From assembly GCF_963921235.1 (NCBI RefSeq), contig NC_086097.1, positions 11,780,001 through 11,844,000 of the forward strand: a stretch of 64,000 nucleotides of DNA. The letters run 5' to 3'. Position numbers and translations under genes: made by a program. Positions 38,731 to 51,389 of the stretch are shown here, piece after piece; the stretch's first letter is position 1, and the number at the start of each line of letters is the position of its first letter. Source of the DNA: Mobula hypostoma. Its lineage: Eukaryota. The notes beneath the pieces were generated by a model. That model did not search any database. It saw only the letters and a list, made by a program, of their open reading frames with translations, and had not been told where the DNA came from.

Positions 38731-40246
38731 ATAGAAACATAGAAACATAGAAAATAGGTGCAGGAGTAGGCCATTCGGCCCTTCGAGCCTGCACCGCCAT
38801 TTATTATGATCATGGCTGATCATCCAACTCAGAACCCAGCCTTCCCTCCATACCCCCTGACCCCTGTAGCCACAAGGGCCATATCTAACTTCCTTTTAAA
38901 CATAGCTAATGAACTGGCCTCAACAGTTTGCTGTGGCAGAGAATTCCACAGATTCACCACTCTCTGTGTGAAGAAGTTTTTCCTAACCTCGGTCCTAAAA
39001 GGCTTCCCCTCTATCCTCAAACTGTGACCCCTCGTTCTAGACCTCCCCAACATCGGGAACAATCTTCCTGCATCTAGCCTGTCCAATCCCTTTAGGATCT
39101 TATACGTTTCAATCAGATCCCCCCTCAATCTTCTAAATTCCAACGAGTACAAGCCCAGTTCATCCAGTCTTTCTTCATATGAAAGACCTGCCATCCCAGG
39201 AATCAATCTGGTGAACCTTCTTTGTACTCCCTCTATGGCAAAGATGTCTTTCCTCAGATTAGGGGACCAAAACTGCACACAATACTCCAGGTGTGGTCTC
39301 ACCAAGGCCTTGTACAACTGCAGTAGTACCTCCCTGCTCCTGTACTCGAATCCTCTCGCTATAAATGCCAGCATACCGTTCGCCTTTTTCACCGCCTGCT
39401 GTACCTGCATGCCCACTTTCAATGACTGGTGTATAATGACACCCAGGTCTCGTTGCACCTCCCCTTTTCCTAATCGGCCACCATTCAGATAATAATCTGT
39501 TTTCCTATTTTTGCCACCAAAGTGGATAACTTCACATTTATCCACATTAAATTGCATCTGCCATGAGTTTGCCCACTCACCCAACCTATCCAAGTCACCC
39601 TGCATCCTCTTAGCATCCTCCTCACTGCTAACACTGCCACCCAGCTTCGTGTCATCCGCAAACTTGGAGATGCTGCATTTAATTCCCTCTTCCAGGTCAT
39701 TAATATATATTGTAAACAACTGGGGTCCCAGCACTGAGCCTTGCGGTACCCCACTAGTCACCGCCTGCCATTCTGAAAAGGTCCCGTTTATTCCCACTCT
39801 TTGCTTCCTGTCTGCTAACCAATTCTCCACCCACACCAATACCTTACCCCCAATACCGTGTGCTTTAAGTTTGCACACTAATCTCCTATGTGGGACCTTG
39901 TCAAAAGCCTTTTGAAAATCCAAATATACCACATCCACTGGTTCTCCCCTATCCACTCTACTAGTTACATCCTCAAAAAATTCTATGAGATTCGTCAGAC
40001 ATGATTTTCCTTTCACAAATCCATGCTGACTTTGTCCGATCATTTCACCGCTTTCCAAATGTGCTGTTATCACATCCTTGATAACTGACTCCAGCAGTTT
40101 CCCCACCACCGACGTTAGGCTAACCGGCCTATAATTCCCCGGTTTCTCTCTCCCTCCTTTTTTAAAAAGTGGGGTTACATTAGCCACCCTCCAATCCTCA
40201 GGAACTAGTCCAGAATCTAACGAGTTTTGAAAAATTATCACTAATG
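38731..40246 (-). mobile_element. Young 5'-truncated CR1 LINE
   Basis: Uninterrupted RT ORF plus 3' UTR and (GTTTCTAT)n tail. Confidence 0.97.
38829..40246 (-). CDS. CR1 ORF2 reverse transcriptase domain (open but 5'-truncated, no endonuclease)
   Basis: NYRPVSLTS, QHGF, YLDFQKAFDKVPH, GVPQGSVLGP, KFADDTKLGG, RPHLEYCVQFWSP, RTRGHSL. The first 7 residues of the track ORF (MTTLSGT) come from the Tc1 flank. Confidence 0.9.
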
Positions 40247-40760
40247 TACCTGATAAAGTGGTCACTGAGTGTACATTTCCAAATCAGCATGCTAAGTAGT
40301 TTGGAGAGCAATATAAAGGGAGAGATAGTCCCTTCTGATTGCTGACCTTACTCTTCTTGGTGGGACTGGTCATAGGTGGCCTCAGATTAACTGCCATGCA
40401 TTTTGGACAGAGTACATACTGTGGCCATTATGTGTTAGGATTGGATAAAGTGATTTTGAAATTGGTGGAAATGCTGTAAATATTTTGCCCTGAATATTGT
40501 CTAGAACCTCAAGTTGTTGGGGTTTCAAGTGGCGAGTATTTCATCACTTTCTCGATTTATGGCCTCATGCTGCGGTGTTGCCTCATGCAGCCAGCCAGGG
40601 CAGAAAACACTGGAGGCAGAAGCCTCTATGGGCACGCTGGAATTGTGCCAGGCTGGGGCCCGGCCCCTCCATTTGGTGCTGCTCTCCAGTGTTCGCTCAA
40701 TGGAAGGCAGTGAGATTGCATTCATCTATAGCTCCACTAGCGCGTGATGAGGAACTGCTG

Positions 40761-41687
40761 TAGAAAGAAACCATAGAAACCATAGAAAAACTACAGCACA
40801 GAAACAGGCCTTTTGGCCCTTCTTGGCTGTGCCGAACCATTTTCCGCCTAGTCCCACTGACCTGCACACAGACCATATCCCTCCATACACCTCCCATCCA
40901 TGTATCTGTCCAATTTATTTTTAAATGTTAAAAAAGAACCCGCATTTACCACCTCGTCTGGCAGCTCATTCTACATTCCCACCACTCTCTGTGTGAAGAA
41001 ACCCCTCCCTAATGTTCCCTTTAAACTTCCCCCCCCCACCCTCAATCCATGTCCTCTGGTTTTTTTCTCCCCTTGCCTCAGTGGAAAAAGCCGCCTTGCA
41101 TTCACTCTATCTATACCCATCATAATTTTATATACCTCTATCAAATCTCCCCTCATTCTTCTACGCTCCAGGGAATAAAGTCCTAACCTATTCAACCTTT
41201 CTCTGTAACTGAGTTTCTCAAGTCCTGGCAGCATCCTTGTAAACCTTCTCTGCACTCCTTCAACCTTATTTATATCCTTCCTGTAATTTGGTGACCAAAA
41301 CTGAACACAATACTCCAGATTCGGCCTCACCAATGCCTTATACAACCTCATCATAACATTCCAGCTCTTATACTCAATAGTTTGATTAATAAAGGCCAAT
41401 GTACCAAAAGCTTTCTTTACGACCCTATCTACCTGTGACGCCACTTTTACGGAATTTTGTATCTGTATTCCCAGATCCCTCTGTTCTACTGCACTCCTCA
41501 GTGTCTTACCATTTACCCTGTATGTTCTACCTTGGTTCGTCCTTCCAACGTGCAATACCTCACACTTGTCTGTATTAAAATCCATCTGCCAATTTTCAGC
41601 CCATTTTTCCAGCTGGTGCAAGTCCCTCTGCAAGCTTTGAAAACCTTCCTCACTGTCCACTACACCTCCAATCTTTGTGTCATCAGC
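40761..41687 (-). mobile_element. 5'-truncated CR1 of a second subfamily
   Basis: ORF 40971-41660 (LQRDL..F NTDKCEVLH..RPNLEYCVQFWSP); truncated within the ADD codons; tail gaaaccatagaaaccatag. Confidence 0.93.
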
Positions 41688-44247
41688 TGTGTACTCGTTC
41701 TTGCAGAAACTTGACTCCAGGATAACTTCAATGCACCACCAATTTGCAGGTCATGCCTCTCGGGGACTTGGATAATGTTTTTTGTAACTGTATATACTTC
41801 CTGCTCTCGAATCTATATGAGCTATGTGTTGGTACTGTGTTTTGTACCTTGGTCCTGGAGGAACACTATTTCATTTGGCTGTGCTCATGTGTATGCTTGA
41901 ACTTGAGCTTACGTGTAGCTATGATGGTATCAGTAAGTAAGTCACTCACTGCAGAATGCCCAAAATTTGATTTGCCCCCATAAACACAGCATTTACATGC
42001 TGGCCCAGTTGAATCTCTGGACAATTGTCACCCTTATGATGTTGGTGTTATTGTCTCATCAATAGTGATATCCATAGCATATAGGAGCAAAGTTAGGCCA
42101 TCTGGCCCACAGTGTCTGCTCTGCCATTTCATCATGGCTGATCCATTTTCCCTCTCAGCCTCAATCTCCTGCTTTCTCCCTATATCCATTCATGCCCTGA
42201 CTAATCAAGAATCTATCAACCACTGCCTTAAATGTACCCAACGACTTGGCCTCCACAGCTGCCTGTAGCAAAGTATTCCATAGATTCACCACTCTCTGAC
42301 TGTGTCCTCTGAACTTAGACTCCCCAACCAGAGGAAACATCCTCTTCACATCAATCTACCAAGACCTTTCAACATCTGATAAAAGCTTCCCAATCCTCTA
42401 ACTTCCCACTAATATTTGCTCTATTATATGCCCTATTTATGTTGGCTTTGACTTCGCTTGTTAGCCATGGTTGTGTCATTTTGCTTTTAGAATATTTCTT
42501 CCTCTTTGGGACCTATATATACTGTGCCTTCCAAATTGCTTCCAGAAATCCCAGCCGTTGCTGCTCTGCCATCGTCCCTGCCAGTGTTCTTTTCCAATCA
42601 ATTCTGGCCAATTCCTCTCATGTCTCTGTAATTCCCTTTACTCCACTGTAATACTGATACATCTGACTTTAGTTTCTCTTTCTCAAATTTCAGGGTGAAT
42701 TTATCATATTATGAGCATTTTCCCCTAAGGGTTCTTTTATCTTAAGCTCTATAATCAATTCTGGTTAATTGCACAACTGCCAATCCAAAATTTCTCCTTT
42801 AGAGAAAAGTATTAAAAGGTCAACAGGTAATGATATACTTGAAGATTAACTTCAGTTCAGTTAAATTTCAGAAGCAGAGTTCATTGGAACGTGTTGTCTT
42901 TAAAGGAGGGTGGAGGCTGGAGAAGATGGCCTGTCCTGGGGTTAGAGAACTGTATGTGTGTGGGTGGTTGATTAGATATTTGCATTAATGAGCAGGTGTA
43001 CAGGTGTACTTAATAGTGTGGCCATTGAGTATATATTTCCAAGTTAGCGTGCCAAGCAATTTGGAGAGCAACTTGAAAGGAGAGATTTTCCCTTGTCCTT
43101 CTTGTTGGTATTGGTCATAGATGGGCTCAGATTAACAGCTGAAGAAGGTGGCCTGTCCTGGGGTTAGAGAACTGTATATGTGTGGGTGGGTGAGAGACAG
43201 GAACAAGATTTGTTTTGCTGTTGTTGCTTTATCACTTGCTGTGTTCTGTATTGTTCCTCTGAGTATTGTGGGCATGCTATGTTGGTGCTGGAATGTGTGG
43301 TGACACTTGCAGTCTGCCCCCTGCACATCTTTGCGTGTGTTGGTTATTTGCTCAAATAACACACTTCACTGTGTGTTTCGATGTAAGTGTGATAAAAATA
43401 TCTGAATCTGAGTCTAAGTCAAATGCTTAGAATGGAGGATGGATTTCTGACTCAAACATAGTCACACAATCCCTGCAGATATTTTTCTTATTCTGAATAT
43501 TTACTCTAAGGTTACATGCCTGGATTTTGCACTTCATTGCTTTCAGAGGATTAATTGTTTTGATGGACTTCTCTGCCTATTTTTACCTCTCACTTTAACT
43601 AATTATTTAATTAAACCATTGATTATTTCCAGTAATGACTCAGTTAATTTTAGCCCCTTGATTGTCCATATGACTCTTTTCTTAATTGTTCACTCTAAAA
43701 GTTTATTTTAATCGAGAAAAGTTAGCTGATGCTTGCCATCAAAAAAAAATGGGAAGATAAATGCGAGTTCTGAGAACAGGATCTTGAAGGAAGAAATTCT
43801 TAGAAGACAGATCATTACATAGGAAAAATGCATGGAGCAAGATACTGCAGAACTCGCCAGCAGGCAGGGGGTCTTCTAAAATGTAGCGTTTCAGATAAGA
43901 TGGCTTCCTGTAATAAAGTGCATTAAAGTACATTAAAATGCCCAAGAACAATTCTTGGAGTCAGAGGTAGACATGGTAGTGAAGAAGGTGATTTGGCATA
44001 TTACCCTTCATCAATTAGGGCACTGACCATAGAAGTAGTGATGATATGTCACAGCTGTAGAAGACATTGGTGAGTCTGTATTTGGAATACTGTGTTCAGT
44101 ATTGGTCACGCTGTGATGGGAAAGATGCCTATCAGCTAGAAAGAGTGCAGAAAAAAAATACAAGGATGTTATTCTGATTCAAGTGGTGTGAGTTTGAGCA
44201 GGTTTAGACTTTTCTCGTTGGAGTGTAGTAGACTGAGGTGTGATTTT

Positions 44248-44860
44248 ATCATCATCATTGTTATGTGCCATGTCGCACAACATAGGCAATCATGGTCTAC
44301 GTGACCATGATTATCACAAACAGGAGGAGATCTGCAGATGCTGGAAATCAAAGTAATACACAAAATGCTGGAGGAACTCATCAGGCCAGGCAACATATAT
44401 GGAAAAGAGTCAACAGTCAACGTTTCAGGCCAAGATCCTTCATCATGTTGTCAACCCGAAACGTCGACTGCTTACTTTTTTCCATTGATATTGCTTGGCC
44501 TGCTGAGTTCCTCCAGCAATTTGTTGTGCATGACCATGATTATTCTTGGCAAGAGTTTCAACAGAAGTGGTTTACCACTGCCTCTTTCTGGGCAGTGCCT
44601 TACAAGACTAAAGACTCCAGCCATTATCAATAGTCTTCAGAGATTTTCTGCTTAGCGTCTGTGGTAACATAACCAGGACTTATGATATGCACCAAATACT
44701 CTGACAGCCATCCACCACTGTCTTCCCATGGCTTCACGTCACCCTGATCAGGAAGCTAAGCAGGTGCTACATCTTGCCCAAAGGTGCTCTGCAGGCTAGC
44801 GAAGAGAATGAACACCTTTCACCTCCTTTGGTGGAGATGTAGATCCACCCTGCCACCCCA
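44248..44860 (-). mobile_element. Non-autonomous element ending in the RTE 3' tail ((ATG)n)
   Basis: 44248-44300 is the reverse complement of the RTE end at 7483-7540 (agaccatgat..atggcacat..atgatgat). The remainder shows no recognisable coding similarity. Confidence 0.7.
44315..44530. mobile_element. Penelope-derived fold-back insertion with 13-bp TSD
   Basis: TGACCATGATTAT at 44302-44314 and 44531-44543; opposed terminal-repeat arms, each with a partial ribozyme. Confidence 0.9.
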
Positions 44861-45574
44861 AGACCTTATAGAGTTAAATAAATCACTTGGGGAACAGACG
44901 GGATGAATACCTATTTTCCCATTGTCAGTGAATCAAGAATTAGACGTTTAAGATGAAGATGGAGAGATCTAATAGGAAACCATGGGACAACTTTTTCACC
45001 AAGAGAGTGATCAGTATATTGAATAAGCTGCCTGTAGAAGTGCTTGAGATGGGTGCATTAGGATTTAAAATATACTTGGACAGGTACGTGGATAGAAAGG
45101 ATTTAGAAATCAAATTTTTATGGGCCAAAATGTGGGAAAATTGGGCATGGATAGATGGGAATCTTGGACAAGATTTACCAGCTGGTCCAATTGCTGTAAG
45201 ACTCTATGACATTTAAGTCTTGAAGTAACATTTAAACTCACAGTCTCCTGAGTTATGGACACAATTGTTACTACCAGGACTATGATCACTGTTTCTGACA
45301 ACATAAGCAGAGGTGAGGGGCAGGTTTTTTACACAGAGAGTGGTGGGTGCCTGGAATGTGCCTGGAGGTGGTGGGAGAGCCAGAAACTTTTGGGACTTTT
45401 AAGAGACATTTAGATAGACACACGAATGTGAGGGAAATGAAAGGATATGGGCATTACGTAGGCAGGAGAGATTAGTTCAGTTTGCCATTTGATTACTAAT
45501 TTAATTTTTTTGCACAGCATTGTGGACCAAAGGGCTTGTTCCTGTTCACTTTTCTATGCTCTATGTATCAAAAG

Positions 45575-46330
45575 CAGAAAGAGTGAGCAATTTCAAGTTT
45601 CTGGGTGTCAGTATCTCTGGGGATCTCATATGGATCCAATATCTTGATGCAGCTACAAAGAAGGCATGACAAAAAAGGTGCTGGCTTGGAGGACCTATGC
45701 TCTGCACAACATTTTGATGCAATTACAAAGAAGGCACGACCGAAGCCATATTTGATTGGGAGTTTGAGGAGATTTCGTATGTCACTTTAAACACTCACAA
45801 ATTTTTACAAATGCACCATGGAGAGCATTCTAACTGGCAGCATCACCCTCTGATATGGGGGGGCGGTGGGTGAGTGGTGGGGGCTACTGCACAGGATCAA
45901 AGTAAGCTATAGGGAGTTGTAAACATTCAGCTCTATCATGGCTCCGTAGTCCAGGACATCTTCAAGGAGCAATGCCTCAAAAAGGTGGCATCCATCATTA
46001 AAGACCCCCATCACCTAGGTCATGCCTTATTCTCATTGCTACCACCGGGAAGGGGAAACAGGAGCCTAAGAACACACACTCAATAATTCAGGAACATCTT
46101 CTTCCCCTCAGCCATCTGATTTCTGAATGGACATTGAACCCATGAACACTACCTCACTACTTCTTTATTTTTATTTTTGAACTACTTATTTAACTATTTA
46201 ATAGATATATACTTACTGTAATTTATGGGGTTTTTTCTATTATTACCTATTGCAATGTATTTCTAGCACAGAGTCAACAAATATTACCGCATATGCCAGT
46301 GATATTAAATCTGATTCTGATTCTGAATCT
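45575..46330 (+). mobile_element. Rex1/Babar-like LINE 3' fragment
   Basis: FKFLG..FYKCTMESILTGSIT..SIIKDPHH; tail tctgattctgattctga at ~46310-46326. Confidence 0.85.
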
Positions 46331-48589
46331 ATTTGTATAAATGCATAGACTTGCCAATACAATAACAGGCTACACGACGTTTCTACTACGACAGAATGCT
46401 TTCTCCAACACTCTTATATATAGGATGGGAACCTAGATAATTTCATGTTCATGTACTCCAATAATGTGGTCTGCTTCTTGCTTTTACTTATTCTAAAGTG
46501 ATTATAGTTTGCTCTTGATTAAATGAATGTGGAGAACGACAGTTAGCTCAGGCACTTTGGATGAGCAAATTGTTCTGTGTGAAATAAACATGCGGCCTCT
46601 GTGAATTTGCATGGAATGATGTCTATCTGAAGTCTCTTACATTTCTTGTTCTACTACAGTTAATAATGTTTGTCCTTTTCTATGAGGCAGCTGGCAAGGA
46701 GTTCTAGAAAAGTCCAGAAGATATTTGTCTAAGGTAGGTCAATTAAAATTAATGTAGAAACTGTGTTTGCCTGCTATTCTTTAAGGATGATACCAGTCGT
46801 TGACTAGTCATGACCTAATGCGCTAGATTTTATCAAATACCTTTTCATTTAAATACATTGTAACAGATTCCTGTCTATTGAATCCATTGCAAGAAGTAAC
46901 TTCAAAAATTTGTAATTTAAAAAAATGTCTAATTGGATTTATAATTGGCTCATTTGTAGGCAGCAGAGAGTGATGGTCAGAGATGGTTTCTCATGCTGGA
47001 GGCCTGAGGATAGTGATACACCACAGGGATTGGTGCCATGAGCTTAGTTGTTCATTATTTATAAAAATAATTTGATGTGATTGTACAAGATACGCTTAGT
47101 AAGCTTGTGTATCATACTGAAATACACGGTATTGGAGATAGTGAAGAAGCATGTCAAAAGTTACAGGGGAATCTTGATTAATTGAGTATGAGTAGAGCTG
47201 AAGGTTGATAAATACCTTTCAATTCAGGTAAATGCAAGAAGTTGCAGTTTGCATGTCAAACTAGGGTAGGACTTAGAGAGTGAATATTTGGACCCTGGGG
47301 AATGTATGGAACCGAGGGACATGGAAGAACAAATACATAATCTGTCCTTCCAAAGGGTTTCGGCTCAAAATGTCGACAGTACTTTTTTCCATAGATGCTG
47401 TCTGGCCTGCTGAGTTCCTCCAGCATTTTGTGTCTGTTGTTGAAGGCAGCATCACGAGGAAGAAGCTGTGTGCCATGTTAACATTCATCAGTCAAGGCAG
47501 TGAATTTAGAAGTTGGGATGTTATGTTATAGTCGCACAAGACATTTTGTGAGACCACACTTGGAATGTTGTGTACAATTTTGGTCATCCTCTTCAGGGAA
47601 GGACATAGTTAAACTTAAAAGAGTGCAAAGAATGTTTACAAAGATGTTTTCAGGGCTTGAGATCCTGAGTTACAGGGTGAAGTTAGACAAGCTAGGAATT
47701 TATTCCTTGGAATGTAGGAGATTAAGAAGTGACCTTTTAGAGCTGTAGAAAATCATGATGGATAATAATAAAGTGAATGCACACAGTTCATAGGACAAAA
47801 ACTATAGATTTTAAGGTGAAAGGTGAAAGATTTAAAAGGGAGCTGAGGGACAAATTCTTCATGCAGAAGGTGGTACATGCTGTATAAGGAATGTGCTGCC
47901 AGAGAAAGTGGTTGAGACAGCTACAATGACAGCATTAAGAAGATATTTAGGAAGATACCTGGACTGACAGAGTTCAGAGGGATCCCAGCCCAAAAACAGC
48001 AAATGGGACAGACTGGATAAACACTACGGTCAGCATGGATGAGTTGCCCCAAAGGGCCTGCTTCCATTACTTCATGACTTGAAGCAGGGGGAATCTTGCA
48101 GTGCGTGTCCACAGGTCTAAAGGTAGCACGGGCAGTGAAAAAGATGGTTTAGAACCCTGACTGAAGCCATCAGGGTTGCAGAACTGATGAAGGGTCTCAA
48201 CCCAAAATGTCAACTGCTTATTCCTTTCCCTAGATACTTATTGACCTGCTGTGTTCCTCCAACATTTTATGTTTGATGGTCTGGATTTCCAGCATCTCAG
48301 TATTTCTAGTGTTTAAAATTGCTGCCTTTATTAAATGAAGGAATGACCACAAGATTTGGGAGATAAATACAATTCAGACATTACTTAGGCTTTAGTTAGA
48401 GCACTCTGTACAGTTATGATCATGTTAATAAAAAAAATTATATCACATTTGAGAGGGTACAGAGGAGACTCATCAGGGAACTGCTGAATACAAGGAGAGA
48501 ATAGTTGGATTGAGTTTGCTTCTGTTAGCGTAAGAAGCTGAGGACAGAATTGACTGGGAAAAATGATAAGGGTCCTAGGTTAGGTCAGG

Positions 48590-49790
48590 TCAGAATGAGA
48601 ATCAGGTTTAATGCCTCTGGCATACAATGTGCCATGGATTTTGTTGCTTTGCAGCAGCAGTACACTGTAGTACCTAGTAATAAAAAAAATAGATAAATTA
48701 CAATCGTTTATTGTTAAGTGGAAGCAGTTCCAGGATTCGGTAAGTGGGCCAGAAGACACTGACTGCGAGCAAACATGATAATTATTTATTTACTAACAGT
48801 GAAACACTCAACCAAACATCTATGTCAAACAAGTAGTTATATTAGCCCCCCAGGTTACAAAACTATGACACTAAATACTCAATAACACTTCTAACACAAG
48901 CAGGTAGTTTATTAAGTCCCCCCAATTTACATAACTACGACACTAAACATTCAACAAACAGGTACTTGTCTAAGCGCGCATGCCTGCCCTCCTTTCTGCA
49001 GCACACTTTCCCAATGGCTCTTCGGCCCTGGTCATGACCCAGTCTAGAGGGAGCCCCTAGTGAGAAGAGACAGAACCCCCCCCATACACTCTGTTCTTAT
49101 ACCCCCGGGGTGCCCGAAACTGGAAGCTGGTGCCGTGACATGAAAGCCAGCCGATGGGACAGAACTGCCACATCCTTTGAATGGGTCAATCAGTGATCAG
49201 CAAGGCAAAAGCAGCTTTCAATCAACAGGTAAGTTAACTCTTTGCATTACAGATACGTATTTTATATATATAATTAGATAAGTGGTACAAAAAGTGAGCA
49301 TAAAAAGAAAAAAAATAGTGAGCTGTGTACATTGGTTCATTGTCCGTGCAGAAATCTGATGACAGTGGGGAAGATGCTGTTCCTAAAACATTAAGTGTGT
49401 GCTTTCAGGCTTCCGTCTCTCCTTCATTTTGGTACCAATGAGAAGAGGGCATGTCCTGGAAAATGGGGGTTTTTAATAATGGGTGCTTCCTTTTTGAGTC
49501 ATCACCCTTTGAAGGTGTCCTGGATGCTGGGGAGGCCAGTGTCCATGTTGGAACTGGCGGAGTTTACGACTTTCTGCGGCTATTTCCAATCCTGTACAGT
49601 AGCCTCTTCCTACCAGACGGTGAAGCAGTCAGTTAGAATGGTTCCCATGGTACACCTGTAGAAATTTGTGAGTGCCTTTGGTGACATACAAATTCTTGTC
49701 AAGCTCTTAATGAAATGTAGCCACTGTTATGCCTTCTTTGTAATTGCATTAAAATGTTGTGCCTAGGGTCGGTCCTCAAGCCATTACCTT
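48590..49790 (-). mobile_element. Rex1/Babar-like LINE 3' fragment interrupted by a probable solo LTR
   Basis: Tail cagaatgagaatcagg at ~48591; the UTR resumes at ~49252. Confidence 0.8.
48712..49251 (-). mobile_element. Probable solo LTR (540 bp), different family from 14038-14993
   Basis: Minus strand reads TGTAATG...CTTAACA, with TATAAG (49101-49096) upstream of AATAAA (48790-48785) and an internal ~50-bp degenerate repeat. No clear TSD. Confidence 0.65.
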
Positions 49791-50083
49791 TTGAAGATGT
49801 CCCTGATGCTGGGGAGACTACAGACTATGATGGAACTGGCTGAGCTTTCTGAGAGGACCTTTTCTCTTGGCAGATAGGTCAATAATTAGGGGACATGGCA
49901 TTTTAACATGGCTGCTCCAGTTCCCTGCCCAGTGCAAAGATGTACTGGTTGGTAAGTTAATTGGTCATTGTAAATTGTCTTTTGATTAGGCTAAGGATTA
50001 AACCAGGGGGAGTGGGAGGGGCCTATTCCGCAATGTATCTCAATAAATACTGTAAATAAATAATATTCTTTTTTTATACCTCA

Positions 50084-50394
50084 TTAAAAAAGGCATCCAT
50101 TAGTCTTGCGAGACCATGGACCTGCCCCTGGAAAGTCTTCACTCTCCAGGGCGCAGGCCTGGGCAAGGTTGTATGGAAGACCAGCAGTTGCCCATGCTGC
50201 AAGTCTCCCCTCTCCAAGACACCGATGTTGTCCAAGGGAAGGGCATTAGGACCCATACAGCTTGGCACCAGTGTCGTCGCAGAGCAATGTGTGATTAAGT
50301 GCCTTGCTCAAAGACACAACACGCTGCCTTGGCTGGGGCTCAAACTCACGACCTTCAGATCGCTAGTCTTAACCACTTGGCCACGTGCCCACAC
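50084..50394 (-). mobile_element. Full-length tRNA-derived SINE with 11-bp TSD
   Basis: Minus strand A box TGGCCAAGTGG and B-box-like GAGTTTGAGCC, then gtgtctttgagcaaggcacttaa. TTTATACCTCA at 50073-50083 and 50395-50405. Confidence 0.9.
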
Positions 50395-51389
50395 TTTATA
50401 CCTCAACAAGCGTGGCAATTGAATGGCCTCTCACTGTGCTGTTTTTTTTTGTGATTCTATGATAGTTGTCATTGGTATTACAATTTTGCAGAAGATAAGC
50501 ATGTATCATGGATGGAAAACTTGCAAAAAGGTTTTAAGTATCTAAACTGAGCAAGCAGGGTAAAGGAGAATGAAATAAATGGAGTCCAGGACCATTTGAG
50601 TGTTTTTCTGATATAAGTGGCTAATAATATACTGGAGACAATATTGAAGACTGTATTGTGTTGATAGCTTGCATTTGAAATGCAGCAAGGACACATCCTG
50701 CCTGATAGTGTACTTCTAGGCAACTCTCAGACTGTGAAGGCCTCACATGGAGAATAATGTTTTTGTTAGTTTAAGGTGTCAGAGCAGTGCACATATCTAA
50801 GCTTTGGTTCTGTTTCTCCACCGCACTTCCCACTATAGCTTCTGAAATTGTTATGCTGAAGGAACAAAGCACTCCATTCATCATGGGCCACCCCTATCAG
50901 CAACAAAAATCTATTCCCTTTTGATTCACTTACCTCATAAAACATTGTCTGGTCTAATGTATGAAATCAATGAAGAAATGGTAAATATTTACTCATTTAA
51001 CCTGTGTATTAGCAGCTTATAAATAATGAATTTAAAATATTATTTTTATTTTTGTTTAGAGATACAGTGCCGAGCAGGCTCTTCAAGCCCATCGACCCAC
51101 ACCACTCAGCAACCCACCTATTTAACCCTAGCCTAACAGCAGGACAATTTCCAATGACCAGTTAACTTACTAACCAGTGTGGCTTTGGACTGTGGGAGGA
51201 AACCAGAGCACCTGGAAGAAACACACATGGTCACGGAGAGAGCTTGAAAACTCCTTGCAGATGGCGTCAGAATTGAAGTCCAAGTTCTGACGCCCAAGCC
51301 ATAATTGCATTGAACTAACCGCTATGCTACCGTGACGCTACAACAGGCTCTCTCATAGCATTGGCCTTGGTGATTGATAATAATACTTG

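Larger units (their letters stand above)
38198..40271 (-). mobile_element. Non-autonomous Tc1-like DNA transposon (38198-38730 + 40245-40271), interrupted by CR1
   Basis: TA-CACTCAGTGGCCCCTTTA ... TAAAGTGGTCACTGAGTG-TA TIRs and TA TSD. The minus strand at ~38340-38612 encodes GKKCDLGDSDRGMIIGARRGG..SISET..ERGQRRMARLVQADRK.T..QITT.YN (Tc1 transposase HTH region). Confidence 0.88.
43960..45565 (+). mobile_element. Decayed CR1 fragments (host of the 44248-44860 insert); similar debris at ~46950-48580 and 53060-53510
   Basis: tatttggaatactgtgttcagtattggtc (YLEYCVQYW), NFFTKRVISILNKLP; ORF 47500-47748 (RPHLECCVQFWS). Confidence 0.75.

Noticed and set aside
38829..40265. 478-aa ORF as a stand-alone RT gene
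   Set aside because: The start is a chance GTG in the Tc1 TIR; the body is a 5'-truncated CR1 with its normal tail.
48184..48216. Active hammerheads here and at ~51490, ~56684 and ~63955
   Set aside because: Essential bases are mutated (GAAA to AAAA, GUH to GCU, CUGA to CUGC, GAAA to GAGA); counted only as remnants.
50320..50392. tRNA gene
   Set aside because: A/B boxes are present but there is no full cloverleaf; it is the head of a TSD-flanked SINE.
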